Counted from the first letter of the stretch, positions 31,037-41,765 are shown. The stretch: DNA of 64,000 bases from an uncultured Actinomycetes bacterium (GCA_963708985.1 CAVPUQ010000001.1:406663-470662); one strand, 5' to 3'. The notes: a model not told the origin generated them from the sequence alone. A program made the numbers and translations.

Positions 31037-33454
31037 ATGGCGAAGACCCTGGTGGTCGTCGAGTCGCCCGCGAAGGCGAAGACGATCGAGAAGTACCTGG
31101 GGCCGGACTTCGCGGTCCGGGCCTCCTACGGCCACATCCGCGACCTGCCGAAGAGCGACCTCGGCGTCGACGTCGATCGACGACTTCCGGGTGACCTACG
31201 AGGTCCCCGACGACTCGAAGAAGCACGTCGCCGAGCTGAAGAAGGCCCTCAAGCAGGCCGATGAGCTGGTCCTCGCGACCGACTACGACCGCGAGGGCGA
31301 GGCGATCGCGTTCCACGTCGCCTCGCTCCTCGGCGTGGATCCCGGCCAGGCCAAGCGCGTGACGTTCACCGAGATCACCCGGGACGCGATCCTCGAGTCC
31401 TTCGCCCACCCGCGCGAGATCGACCTGAAGCTCTTCGACGCGCAGGAGGCCCGACGGGTGCTCGATCGGCTGGTGGGCTACAAGATCAGCCCGATCCTTT
31501 GGCGCCGGGTCCGCCCGGGCCTGTCGGCCGGCCGCGTCCAGTCGGTCGCCGTACGCATGATCGTCGAGCGCGAGCGCGACATCCGCGCGTTCGTGCCCGT
31601 CGAGTATTGGAGCGTCGACGTGCGCCTCGCGCCCGACGGCGACGAGCACGCGTTCCTCGCTCGGCTCACCCGGATCCCCGAGGGCAAGCTCGCGACCTCG
31701 CCCGACAGGAAGGGCATCGTGCTGCCGGCCGAGCCCGAGGCCGCCACCCACGTCGAGCGCCTGGGCCGCGCCGCCTACCGCGTCGCGAACGTCGAGCGCA
31801 AGGAGCGCAAGCGCTCGCCGGCGCCGCCGTTCACGACCTCGACGCTCCAGCAGGAGGCCGCTCGCAAGCTCGGGTTCGGCGCGCGCAAGACGATGTCGGT
31901 CGCCCAGCGCCTGTACGAGGGCATCACGCTCCCCGGCGAGGGCAGCGTCGGTCTCATCACCTATATGCGAACCGACTCGGTGAACCTGGCCGAGTCGGCC
32001 CTGCGCGAGATCGCCGAGGTCGTGCGCACCGAGTTCGGCAGCGAGTACACGCTCGCCGAGCCGCGGCGCTACCGCACGCGCTCGAGGAACGCCCAGGAGG
32101 CCCACGAGGCTGTCCGCCCGACATCGGTGCTCCGGCACCCGGCGCGCGTCGCCAGCTCGCTCGACCGCGACCAGCTGCGCCTGTACACGATGATCTGGCA
32201 GCGCACGGTCGCGAGCCAGATGGCCGAGGCGCGTTTCAACCAGGTCGGTGTGGACGTCGAGGGCTCGGTCGACGGGCTCGCCTACGGCCTGCGCGCGACC
32301 GGCCAGACGCTGCTGTTCGACGGCTTCATCCGCGTCTACACCGAAGGCCGCGACGAGGGCCCCGACGAGGACGCCGAGGCTCGCCTGCCCGATCTCACGG
32401 TCGACCAGCTCCTGCGCATGCTCGAGGTCCTGCCCGAGCAGCACTTCACCCAGCCGCCGCCCCGGTTCACGGAGGCCACGCTCGTGAAGACCCTCGAGGA
32501 GCTCGGCATCGGGCGGCCGTCGACGTACGCCTCGATCATCTCGACGATCCAGGACCGCGGGTACGTGCGCCTGCAGGACAAGCGCTTCTTCCCCGAGGAC
32601 GTGGCCGAGGTCGTCACCGACAAGCTCGTCGAGCACTTCCCCGAGATCGTGAACGTGAACTTCACCGCGAAGATGGAGGAGGAGCTCGACCTGATCGCCG
32701 AGGGCGGGGTCCGCGTACCCGCGTGCTCGGGGAGTTCTGGACCCCCTTCAGCGAGGACCTCGGGCGCGCCGAGGAGAAGTTCGAGCGGTACGTCGAGGAG
32801 GTCGACGAGGACTGCCCCCGGTGCATCGAGGAAGGGCGCACCCCCCCCGGCCGCCTCCAGATCCGGCTCGGCCGGTACGGGCGGTTCATCGGGTGCTCGC
32901 GGTACGCGGACGACGACGGTGGCTGCAAGTACATCCGTAACCTGGACGGCGAGGAGCGCCCCGAGCCCGAGCTGCTCGATGAGACCTGTCCCGAGTGCGG
33001 ACGGCCGCTCGCGCGCAAGGTCGGTCGGTACGGGCCGTTCGTCGGGTGCTCGGGATACCCCGAGTGCAGGTACATCAAGAAGGAGCCCCCGAAGTCGATA
33101 GGCATCACCTGTCCGCAGTGCAACCACGGAGAGATCGTCGAGAAGCGCACGCGGTTCGGCATCATGTACGGCTGCGGCCGCTACCCGGAGTGCGACTTCG
33201 CGGTGAACAACCTGCCCGTCGCCGACCACCCCTGCCCCGAGTGCGGCTCCCTGCTGGTGCGCCGGCCGAAGTCGTACCGTTGCTGGAACTGCGGCGCCGA
33301 GCTCGACCAGGCCTTCGAGGTCACGAAGCCCGGCGACCGGGTGGCTGAGGCCGAGGCGAGAGCAGCCAAGGCCGCGGCTCGAGCGGTGCGCGCGGCAGCG
33401 AAGCAGAAGAACCCCGCGAAGAAGAGGACCGCCACGAGGAAGAAGAAGGGCTAG
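31037..33454 (+). CDS. topA: DNA topoisomerase I (type IA) with C-terminal zinc ribbons and Lys-rich tail (frameshifts near 31180 and 32710)
   Basis: [61 protein letters not shown]; four CPxC modules. Confidence 0.97.
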
Positions 33455-35464
33455 TTGTCCACGATCGCCGACGAGGTCGCAGCGCTCCGAGGCACGAAGC
33501 CGGCGACCTTCAAGGACCTCCTCACCCACCCCGCGTTCTCGAAGCTCCTCGCGGCCCAGACCATCTCGTCGCTCGGCGACTGGGTGGGGTTCGTCGCGGT
33601 CGCCGCGATGGTGAACCGGCTGGGTGGCAACGTCGGTGCGTACGCCGTGGCTGGTGTGATGGTCGCCCGGATGCTGCCGGCGATCCTCTTCGGTCCGATC
33701 GCCGGCGCCCTCGTCGACCGGATGGACCGCAAGCGGATGATGATGACCGCGGACCTGTTCCGGGGCGCGCTCTACGCCACGATGCCGTTCCTCGGCAAGC
33801 TCTGGCTCATCTTCCTGGTGTCGTTCGTGATCGAGTGCTTCTCGCTCCTTTGGAGCCCCTCGCGCGACGCGAGCCTTCCGAACCTGGTCCCGCGCCGTCA
33901 GCTCGCGAACGCGAACTCGCTCGGCCTGGTGACCACCTACGGAACCCTTCCACTGGGCGGCCTGATCTTCGCGTTCCTCGCCGGCGGGTCAGGCCTGATC
34001 CCGACGCTCAGCCACAACCCGGAGGCGGTACCCCTCCTGCTCGACGGCAGCACGTTCCTGTTCTCTGCGTTCATGCTCAGCCGCATCCAGTTCCCGCCGC
34101 CGACCGCACACAAGGTCGAGCGGCTCGACATGTCGCGCGTCGGCCGAGACATCGTCGAGGGCGTCCGATTCCTGCGCGAAGACTCCCTCGCATCGGCGAT
34201 GACGCTCGGCATCGTGGTCGCGTTCACGTCTGTCGGGGCGGTGCTGGCGATCGGTCCGATCTTCACCACCGACACGCTCGGCGCCGACAGCACCGGGTGG
34301 GGGATCCTCGTCACGTCGTTCGGCGTCGGGATGGGCATCGGCATGGGGCTGTCGAACAAGGCGGTGGACTTCGTCGATCGCGAGCACGTGTTCGTCTGGT
34401 CGCTCATCGCCGCGGCGGCGACCCTGTTCCTGCTCGCGGCGATGCCGAACATCCAGCTCGCCGCGATCGTCACCGTGGTGCTCGGCGTGTTCTGCGGATC
34501 GGCGTGGGTGAGCGGGTACGTGCTGCTGCAGGAGAACGTCGAGGACGAGTTCCGGGGTCGGACCTTCGGAGCGCTCACGGTGCTCTCGCGCCTCGGCCTG
34601 TTCCTGTCGCTCGCCGCCTTCCCTGTCCTGGCGGGTATCGTGAGCGCGCGTGAGGTCTTCATCGGGGATCAGCGGATCGACCTGTCCGGCACGCGCGTCG
34701 CGCTGTGGGTCGCCGGCGCGATGGTCGTCGGCGCCACCCTGTTCACCCGCCGTGGTCTCTCGCGGTACCGGATCGGCCGTCCCCAACCCCTCGCGCTCGT
34801 GCCGAAGCTGAAGCGCGCGCCGTCGAACGGGGTCTTCGTCGCCTTCGAGGGCGTCGAGGGCTCCGGCAAGGGCACCCAGATCCGCCTGGCCAAGGAGTAC
34901 CTCGAGTCGCAGGGGATCGGCGTGCTCGTGACGCGGGAACCGGGGGGCACGGTGCTCGGCGAGAAGCTGCGCGAGATGCTGCTCGACCACGAGACGGGTG
35001 TCGTCGAGGCTCGAACCGAGGCGCTCCTGTTCGCGGCGAGCCGGTCCCAGCACGTGACCTCGGTGATCCGGCCTGCGCTGGCCGAGGGCAAGGTCGTGAT
35101 CTGCGACCGCTACATCGACTCGAGCCTCGCGTACCAGGGGTGGGCGCGGGGCGTGGGCGAACAGGACGTGCTCACGCTGAACGTGTGGGCCACGCAGGGC
35201 CTGTTCCCCGACCTCACGGTCCTGCTGCACCTCGAGCCCGAGGCCGGCCTGCTGCGCTCCCTCGAGGAGCCGGACCGGATCGAGATGGAGGGCGGCGAGT
35301 TCCACGCGAAGGTCGCCGACGCCTACCTGAAGATCGCCGAGGAGCATCCCGAGCGTTTCATCGTGATCGACGCCGACGACACGCCCGAGCGCGTCCACGA
35401 GCAGGTCGTCGAGGCCCTGAAGCGCGTGCTCAAGGAGCGGGAGGACAACGGCGACGACGGCTGA
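33455..35464 (+). CDS. tmk: MFS transporter-thymidylate kinase fusion
   Basis: Single intact 669-aa ORF: MFS TMs, then FVAFEGVEGSGKGTQ, REPGG, DRYIDSSLAYQG. Confidence 0.93.
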   Translation: MSTIADEVAALRGTKPATFKDLLTHPAFSKLLAAQTISSLGDWVGFVAVAAMVNRLGGNVGAYAVAGVMVARMLPAILFGPIAGALVDRMDRKRMMMTADLFRGALYATMPFLGKLWLIFLVSFVIECFSLLWSPSRDASLPNLVPRRQLANANSLGLVTTYGTLPLGGLIFAFLAGGSGLIPTLSHNPEAVPLLLDGSTFLFSAFMLSRIQFPPPTAHKVERLDMSRVGRDIVEGVRFLREDSLASAMTLGIVVAFTSVGAVLAIGPIFTTDTLGADSTGWGILVTSFGVGMGIGMGLSNKAVDFVDREHVFVWSLIAAAATLFLLAAMPNIQLAAIVTVVLGVFCGSAWVSGYVLLQENVEDEFRGRTFGALTVLSRLGLFLSLAAFPVLAGIVSAREVFIGDQRIDLSGTRVALWVAGAMVVGATLFTRRGLSRYRIGRPQPLALVPKLKRAPSNGVFVAFEGVEGSGKGTQIRLAKEYLESQGIGVLVTREPGGTVLGEKLREMLLDHETGVVEARTEALLFAASRSQHVTSVIRPALAEGKVVICDRYIDSSLAYQGWARGVGEQDVLTLNVWATQGLFPDLTVLLHLEPEAGLLRSLEEPDRIEMEGGEFHAKVADAYLKIAEEHPERFIVIDADDTPERVHEQVVEALKRVLKEREDNGDDG

Positions 35465-35465
35465 G

Positions 35466-36560
35466 GTGCTCGACCGCGTGCCGGGGCAGGAGCAGGCGAT
35501 GGCCTTCCTGCGGCAGGCGGCGGTGCGTCCGCACCACGCGTATCTCCTCGCCGGTCCTGAGGGCGGTGGCAAGTCGCTCGCGGCTCGGGCGTTCGCGGCG
35601 GCGATCCTGTGCGAGCGGGGCGGCTGCGGCGAGTGCCGCTCATGCCGCCTCGCGCTCGAGGACAAGCACCCGAACGAGTTCGTCGTCGAACCCGAGGGCC
35701 GCGACATCCACGTCGAGACCGTGAAGCAGGAGATCTGGCACCCCGCCTACCGCACCGCGCCCGAGCCCGGCCGAAAGGTGTTCGTGATCCGCGAGGCCGA
35801 TCGCCTGAACCCCTCGGCCGCCGACGCGCTCCTGAAGGTGCTCGAGGAGCCCCCGGCCGACGCGGTCTTCCTGCTGCTCTCGGCCCGCCCGCACGAGCTG
35901 CCCGAGACCGTGCTGTCACGCTGCCACGTCGTCTCGTTCGCGCCGCTGTCGGAGTCCTTCGTCGCGCAGGCCCTCACCGCCGAGGGCGCCAGCCCTGAAC
36001 GCGCCGCACTCGCGGCCCGACTCTCGGGCGGGAACCTCGGGCGGGCCCGGCGCCTCGCGATGGATCCCGAAGGACTCGCGTTCCGGGACGTCGCCCGTCG
36101 CGCGCTCGAGCGCTCAGCCGCGGGACCGTCGGGAGCGCTCGAGGCCGCCGAGAGCGTGCTCGTCGCCGCCGAGCGCTACCGCAAGGGCCTGACCGAGTCG
36201 CTGAAGGACGAGCTCGCGCCGTTCCTCGACGAGCGTGGCCGGCCCGAGGAGGCCTACCGCGGCGCGGTCCGCCGTCTCGAGGAGCGACACAAGCGGCGCG
36301 TCCGCCGCGCCGAGCGCGACTACGTCGACTGGGTGCTGCTCGCGGCCTCGTCCCTGCTCCGTGACCGGGTCGCGGCTGCGGTGGGCGGCGGTGGCGAGCT
36401 GCTCATGAACCCGGACATCACGCCGCTCGCCGAGCCGATCCCGGCCGCGACCCGCGGGCTGGCCACGATGGAGGAGGCTCGCGCCGCACTCGCCGAGGAG
36501 CTGAACCTCAACGTCCGGCTCGTGCTCGAGCAGGCGTTCTTGCGACTCGGCGCCGCATAG
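35466..36560 (+). CDS. holB: DNA polymerase III subunit delta'
   Basis: HAYLLAGPEGGGKS, CGECRSC, HP, ADALLKVLEEPP, TVLSRC. Confidence 0.92.
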   Translation: MLDRVPGQEQAMAFLRQAAVRPHHAYLLAGPEGGGKSLAARAFAAAILCERGGCGECRSCRLALEDKHPNEFVVEPEGRDIHVETVKQEIWHPAYRTAPEPGRKVFVIREADRLNPSAADALLKVLEEPPADAVFLLLSARPHELPETVLSRCHVVSFAPLSESFVAQALTAEGASPERAALAARLSGGNLGRARRLAMDPEGLAFRDVARRALERSAAGPSGALEAAESVLVAAERYRKGLTESLKDELAPFLDERGRPEEAYRGAVRRLEERHKRRVRRAERDYVDWVLLAASSLLRDRVAAAVGGGGELLMNPDITPLAEPIPAATRGLATMEEARAALAEELNLNVRLVLEQAFLRLGAA

Positions 36561-36671
36561 CCCGCCCGACGCAGCGCGTCGCGGGTCCCCCGAACCACCC
36601 ATCCGGAAGTGGTGCTGGCATCACTGCCGTCGGGGGTCGCGCGTGTCAGGCTGGACGTGGAGGTTCAGGAC

Positions 36672-37046
36672 ATGCCCGTGCGTGTGCTCATCGTGGACGA
36701 CCAGGAACCGTTCCGGATGGCGGCTCGGATGGTCGTTCAGGCGACCGACGGCTTCGAGGTCGTCGGCGAGGCCGAGAGCGGCGAGGACTCGGTCGTCATG
36801 GCTCGCGACCTCGCGCCCGACCTCGTCCTCATGGACGTGAACCTGCCGGGGATCAACGGGCTCGACGCCACCCGGCAGATCCTCGCCGAGGGCAGCGGCT
36901 CGGTCGTCGTGCTCCTGCTCTCAACCTACGAGGAGGAGGAGTACGCGCCTCGCGCCGCCGAGTGCGGTGCCGCGGCGTACGTCCCGAAGGCGGTGTTCGG
37001 CCCGGATCGTCTCGAGCAGGCCTGGGCGGCCGCGATCTCGAGCTGA
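36672..37046 (+). CDS. Single-domain response regulator (receiver only)
   Basis: [35 protein letters not shown]; no output domain. GTG 36657 is an alternative start. Confidence 0.9.
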   Translation: MPVRVLIVDDQEPFRMAARMVVQATDGFEVVGEAESGEDSVVMARDLAPDLVLMDVNLPGINGLDATRQILAEGSGSVVVLLLSTYEEEEYAPRAAECGAAAYVPKAVFGPDRLEQAWAAAISS

Positions 37047-37050
37047 CCGG

Positions 37051-39174
37051 TCAGCGCACCGGGACGCGTCCGAGAACGGCTGTGCCCTGCCCGGGCTCGG
37101 AGCGCACCTCGAGCGATCCGCCCAGCGCGTCGAGCCGGTCCGCCATCCCCTGCAGGCCAGTGCCGCCCGTCGTGGTCCGGCGGTCGAACCCGACCCCGTC
37201 GTCCGACACGATGAACGTGAGTCCAGAGCCCTCGTCACGCAGGTCGATGTCGACGCGTGAGGCCTCGGCGTACTTCGTGACGTTCTGCAGCGCCTCGAGC
37301 ACGCAGAAGTAGACGGCAGCCTCGACCTCCTGGTGGTAGCGACCCACCCCGTCCGGGTGGACCTGGACGGGGGTCGTGACCTTGCGGGCCTGCGCCTGGA
37401 GCGCGGCCGTGAGGCCCTCGTCGGCGAGCAACGGAGGGTAGATGCCTCGGGCCAGGTCGCGCAGGTCCTCGAGGGTCTCGCCCGCCTGCGTCTGAAGCTG
37501 GGCGAGCACCTCGCGCGCCTTCGCCGGGTCGCGCTCGACCACTTGGTCCGCGAGGCGGAGCTTCACCGCGAGAGCGACCAGCTGCTGCTGCGCCCCGTCG
37601 TGGATGTTGCGCTCGAGCTTGCGGGCGCGCTCGTCCTGGGCGGCCACGATCCGGCGTCGGGACTCCTGGAGCTCCTCGATCAGGCGGACGTTGCGGAGCA
37701 TCAACCCCGCCTGGCCCGCGAGATCGGAGACGAGCTTCTCGCCGTCCTTCGAGAGCGGTTCTGCGGCGGGCATCGCCACGGTGAGCACGCCCAGGAGCTC
37801 GCCGCGGTCGCGCACCGGGAAGGTCCGGAGCCCGTCGATCTCGGGGACCTCGTCCGGGGCGGTCTCGATCGCGGCCACCGCCGGGGGGTGGCTCGGAGCG
37901 GAGGCCACCGGCCGGATCTCGCGGCCGACGTGGAGCCACACCCGGGCCACGTCGGCGCCGGTCGAGGCCCGTACGATCTCCGCCATCCTGGGGAGCACGT
38001 CCTCGGTCGAGTACGCGTCGCCTAGACGCTCGGAGAACTGGGCCATCGCCTCGTAGCGGGTCGCTCGCCGACCGTACACGAGTCGTCTCGCGAGCCGTTT
38101 CACCGGGCGGAACGTGAAGACGAGCATGAGGGCGAACACCGCCGCCCCGGTCACGATCCGAGCCGCGATGATCTCACCCCGCGCGGAGCCGCCCGTCCCT
38201 TCGGCTCCGATGACCGCGAGGGGCGAGAGCATCAGGCTCAGCAGGCCGAGCAGGATCACGAAGAAGATCACCAGCACGGCGTAGACGACGGTCTTCTTCA
38301 TCACCACGCCGACGTCGTAGAGGCCATACGTGAGGACGGCCGCCGCGGTGGCGACGGGGATCCCCACGAAGACCCCGAACGCGTCGACGAGGGCGGCCAG
38401 CACGACAGGGATCCACGACCAATCCGCGGCACCGGACCCGAGCGCAGCCACGATGGCGATCGCCGTGGCGACCGCCATCGCCCCGATCATCACGACGAGC
38501 AGTCGGAGGGATTGTCGTCCCTCATCGGTCGCCGACCGGAAGCGCAGCACGAGAGCTCCGAGGCCGGCGAACGCGGCTCCACCCACGAGGGCCAGTCCGA
38601 GTGCGAACGCGCTGCCGATCCCCGGGAGGCGGGCGGCCCATCCCGGCGGATCGATCCCCGTGGTGCCCGAGAACTGGTCGATGGTCCCGACCGCGCCGAG
38701 GAGCATGAGCGCGGCGCCCAGGCCCAGGACGGCGACCGCGACGCGCCACCGCCGCGATCGGAGATGACCGTCGGGGAAGAGCAGGAGGAAGGGCGGGAGC
38801 GATACGGGCAGGACGAGGAGCGAGCTGAGGGTGCCGATCCAGGCGGCCGCGGCGGCACCCGGCAGCGATCCGAGGCCTGGACCGCCGCCGAGCCCCGCTT
38901 GCGCGTACGCCATCCCGGACAGCCACAGGACGAGCGAGAGCCCCACCACGCAGAAGAGCCATCCGATCGGGTTGCGGGGGAGCCGGCGGGCGACGAGGCC
39001 ACCGAGGATCGTGTAGATCGCCGCGGGCACCCCGAGCAGGACCACGGCGGCGTCAGACGGCCGGTCGATCAGGACGATGGTCAGGGAGCCCACCCAGAGC
39101 AGGCTCATCGTGATCCACAGGCCCCCGATGAGCCGACCCACTCGCCCGATCCCCCACCGAGCCATGCGGGGCAT
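37051..39174 (-). CDS. Multi-TM sensor histidine kinase A (TM region-GAF-HisKA_3-HATPase)
   Basis: LLLFPDGHLRSRRWR, ERNIHDGAQQQLVAL, LRDLARGIYPPLL, EALQNVTKYA, DDGVGF..GTGLQGMADRL. Intact frame; start 39174 or 39165. Confidence 0.92.
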   Translation of the reverse strand: MPRMARWGIGRVGRLIGGLWITMSLLWVGSLTIVLIDRPSDAAVVLLGVPAAIYTILGGLVARRLPRNPIGWLFCVVGLSLVLWLSGMAYAQAGLGGGPGLGSLPGAAAAAWIGTLSSLLVLPVSLPPFLLLFPDGHLRSRRWRVAVAVLGLGAALMLLGAVGTIDQFSGTTGIDPPGWAARLPGIGSAFALGLALVGGAAFAGLGALVLRFRSATDEGRQSLRLLVVMIGAMAVATAIAIVAALGSGAADWSWIPVVLAALVDAFGVFVGIPVATAAAVLTYGLYDVGVVMKKTVVYAVLVIFFVILLGLLSLMLSPLAVIGAEGTGGSARGEIIAARIVTGAAVFALMLVFTFRPVKRLARRLVYGRRATRYEAMAQFSERLGDAYSTEDVLPRMAEIVRASTGADVARVWLHVGREIRPVASAPSHPPAVAAIETAPDEVPEIDGLRTFPVRDRGELLGVLTVAMPAAEPLSKDGEKLVSDLAGQAGLMLRNVRLIEELQESRRRIVAAQDERARKLERNIHDGAQQQLVALAVKLRLADQVVERDPAKAREVLAQLQTQAGETLEDLRDLARGIYPPLLADEGLTAALQAQARKVTTPVQVHPDGVGRYHQEVEAAVYFCVLEALQNVTKYAEASRVDIDLRDEGSGLTFIVSDDGVGFDRRTTTGGTGLQGMADRLDALGGSLEVRSEPGQGTAVLGRVPVR

Positions 39175-39343
39175 GGTGACACCATCGGGACCGTCGTCCA
39201 AGGGAGTCGACCTGCGGGTCTGCGGGCGGGAACCCCACCGTGACGGGTGTGCAGGCACCCCTCGACGCTTGTGGTGGCGGCCGGGTCGCTCCCCGGGCCC
39301 TCGCCTCCTACGGTGGGTCCGAGAAGAACGAGGGAGGCTCGAG

Positions 39344-39751
39344 ATGAACAAGATCCTCGTCGGAACCGACACCTCGGGATCGGCGGACCTGGCCGTGCGC
39401 GCTGCAGTCGGGCTGGCCGAGGCGACCGACGCCGAGCTCCTGGTCCTGCACGTCCGATCGCCGAACGGCGGACACGACGCGGTCGACCCGCGCAAGGCCC
39501 CCGACCCCGGCGCGTACCTGTCGGCGATGTCCGCGCGGTTCCCGGCGGTGCGACTGCGGGCTTGGAGCGAGCCGGGCGACGCCGCCGAGCGTCTGGTCGA
39601 GGTCGCGGAGACCGAGCGCGTGGACACGATCGTGGTCGGGAACAGGGGCGTGCACGGCCCGAGGTGGCGCGTCCGCGACAGCGTGCCGACGATGGTCGTG
39701 CGCCACGCCCCGTGCTCGGTGCTGATCGTGGATACGCGGGCGGCGCAGTGA
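39344..39751 (+). CDS. Universal stress protein (stand-alone USP)
   Basis: RBS GGGAGG; KILVGTDTSGSA, IVVGNRGVHG...SVPTMVVRHAPCSVLIV. Confidence 0.9.
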   Translation: MNKILVGTDTSGSADLAVRAAVGLAEATDAELLVLHVRSPNGGHDAVDPRKAPDPGAYLSAMSARFPAVRLRAWSEPGDAAERLVEVAETERVDTIVVGNRGVHGPRWRVRDSVPTMVVRHAPCSVLIVDTRAAQ

Positions 39752-39762
39752 CGCTCGGAAGG

Positions 39763-40429
39763 TCAGGCGCCGCGCTCGCGGAGGAACGCGAGCACCGCCA
39801 TCACCCGACGGTGGACCTCGGGCTCCTCGGAGAGCGCGAGCTTGTGGAACAGCGAGTTGATGTGCTTCTCGACCGCTCGCTCCGTGAGGAACAGCGACCT
39901 CGCGATGGCGGCGTTGTTCTTGCCCTGCGCCATCTGCTCGAGCACCTCGCGCTCGCGATCGGTGAGCTGCGCGAGCGGCGAGTGCGCCATCCGGTCCTTC
40001 GCCGAGACGAGCGCCTCGACGACCTTGGGATCGAGGACCGAGCCGCCGCCCGCGACCTCGCGGAGCGCCCGCACGAGTTCGCCCGACGTCGGCGACCCGC
40101 TCCTTCAGCAGGTACCCGAGCCCCGCCGCCCCGTCCTTGAGCAGCTCGTACGCGTACTCCTCCTCGGCGAACTGCGACAGGACGACGACGCCGATCTCCG
40201 GGTGCTCGCCCCGGACCTTCCTCGCCGCGTCGATGCCCTCGGTCGTGTTGGTCGGCGGCATGCGGATGTCGGTGAGCACGGCCTCGGGGCGGAGCTCGTC
40301 CACGGCCAAGAGCAGCTCCTCGAGGTTCGTCGCGGTGCCGACCAGATCGACCTCGTCCGAGTTGGTCAACAGGGCGGCCGTCCCCTCGCGAACGAGGTAG
40401 TTGTCCTCGGCGAACACGACACGGATCAC
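39763..40429 (-). CDS. NarL/LuxR-family response regulator (frameshift near 40085)
   Basis: MIRVVFAEDNYLVREG, VLTDIRMPP, GYLLKERV, LTDREREVLEQMAQGKNNAAIA...VEKHINSLFHKL. Confidence 0.93.
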
Positions 40430-40446
40430 GGCGGCATGCTACACAC

Positions 40447-40459
40447 ACCACCGGTGGGG
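40447..40459. promoter_or_regulatory. Palindromic motif ACCACCGGTGGGG, copy 1
   Basis: Perfect 10-bp palindrome CCACCGGTGG in the 38-bp divergent intergenic region; identical 13-mer at 46307-46319. Confidence 0.5.
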
Positions 40460-40467
40460 GACGCGGG

Positions 40468-41765
40468 TTGACGATCAGGGTCGTGCTGGGAGAGGACAAC
40501 GTCCTCGTGCGCGAGGGCGTCCGTGCCCTCCTGGACTCCTACGACGACATGCAGGTCGTCGGCGTGGCCGCCGACGCGCCGTCCCTGCTCTCGACCGCCG
40601 CCGAGCACGCCCCCGACGTCGTCGTGACCGACATCAAGATGCCCCCGAACTTCCAGCTCGAGGGCATCGACTGCGCCCACGCCATCCGCGCCTCGCAGCC
40701 CGGCACCGGAGTCGTGGTCCTGTCGGCCCACGACGACGAGGCGTACGCGATCGCGCTCCTCGGCCAGGGGCAGAGCGGGCTCGCGTACCTGCTGAAGGAC
40801 CGCATCGCGCAGGGCGACGAGCTCGTGCGCGCGATCCGCGAGGTCGCCGCCGGGGGCAGCGCGGTGGACCCGATGATCGCCGAGCGCCTCTCCGGCCGCC
40901 GCGAGACCGCCGAGGCGGACCGGGAGATCCTGGACATGATGGCGCAGGGCCTCGGCTACGAGCAGATGGCCGAGCGACTCGGCACGACGCAGGAGTCCGT
41001 CGACCGCCGGGTCACCGAGCTGTTCCGCCGGATGGCGATCCAGGCCGAGGGCGGCTCGGCCGCCGCGGTGGACGAGCTGAAGCGTCTGCACGCCGCGGTC
41101 GTGCAGAAGGAAACGACCGCGTCCTCGCTCCGTTCGTACGTTCCGTCGCAGGTCGCCGACCGGCTCGCGACGGGCGAGGTGGGACAGCAGGAGCTGGAGG
41201 TCACCGTGTCTGTTCAGCGACATCCGCGGCTTCTCGACGATCGCCGAGCGGCTGTCCGCCCGCCAGATCTCCGAGATCGTCGGTCGGCACCTGCTCGGCG
41301 ATGGCCGAGGTCGTGGCGGAGCACGGCGGAACGATCGACAAGTTCCAGGGCGACGCGGTGATGGCGGTCTTCGGCGCGCCGGACCCGCTGCCCGACCACG
41401 CCGAGCGCGCCCTGCGGTGCGCGATCGCGATGCAGGCTCGCCAGGCCGCGCTGAACGCCGAGGGCTGGGGGACCGACGCCATCGACGGCCTGCAGGTCGG
41501 GATCGGGGTCAACACCGGCCAGGTGATCGCGGGCGCCGTCGGTGGGGGCGGCAGGCTCGAGTACACGGTCGTCGGCGATGCCGTGAACGTCGCCTCGAGG
41601 CTGCAGTCGGAGGCCGACGGCGGCGAGATCGTGACGACCGCCTCGACGATGGCCGCCGCTCCGAGCGTCAGAGCCGAATCAGTCGGTCCGCGCGTCGTGA
41701 AGGGTCGCGAGGAGCCGGTCGAGGTGTTCCGCGTGCGCGTCGAGACCGGGGAGCGCTCGACGTGA
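40468..41765 (+). CDS. REC-LuxR-like HTH-class III adenylate cyclase fusion (frameshifts near 41210 and 41295)
   Basis: REC (VVLGEDNVLVREG, VVTDIKMPP), HTH-like DREILDMMAQGLGYEQMAERLGTT, cyclase LFSDIRGFS, IDKFQGDAVM, GIGVNTG, YTVVGDAVNVASRL. Confidence 0.9.
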
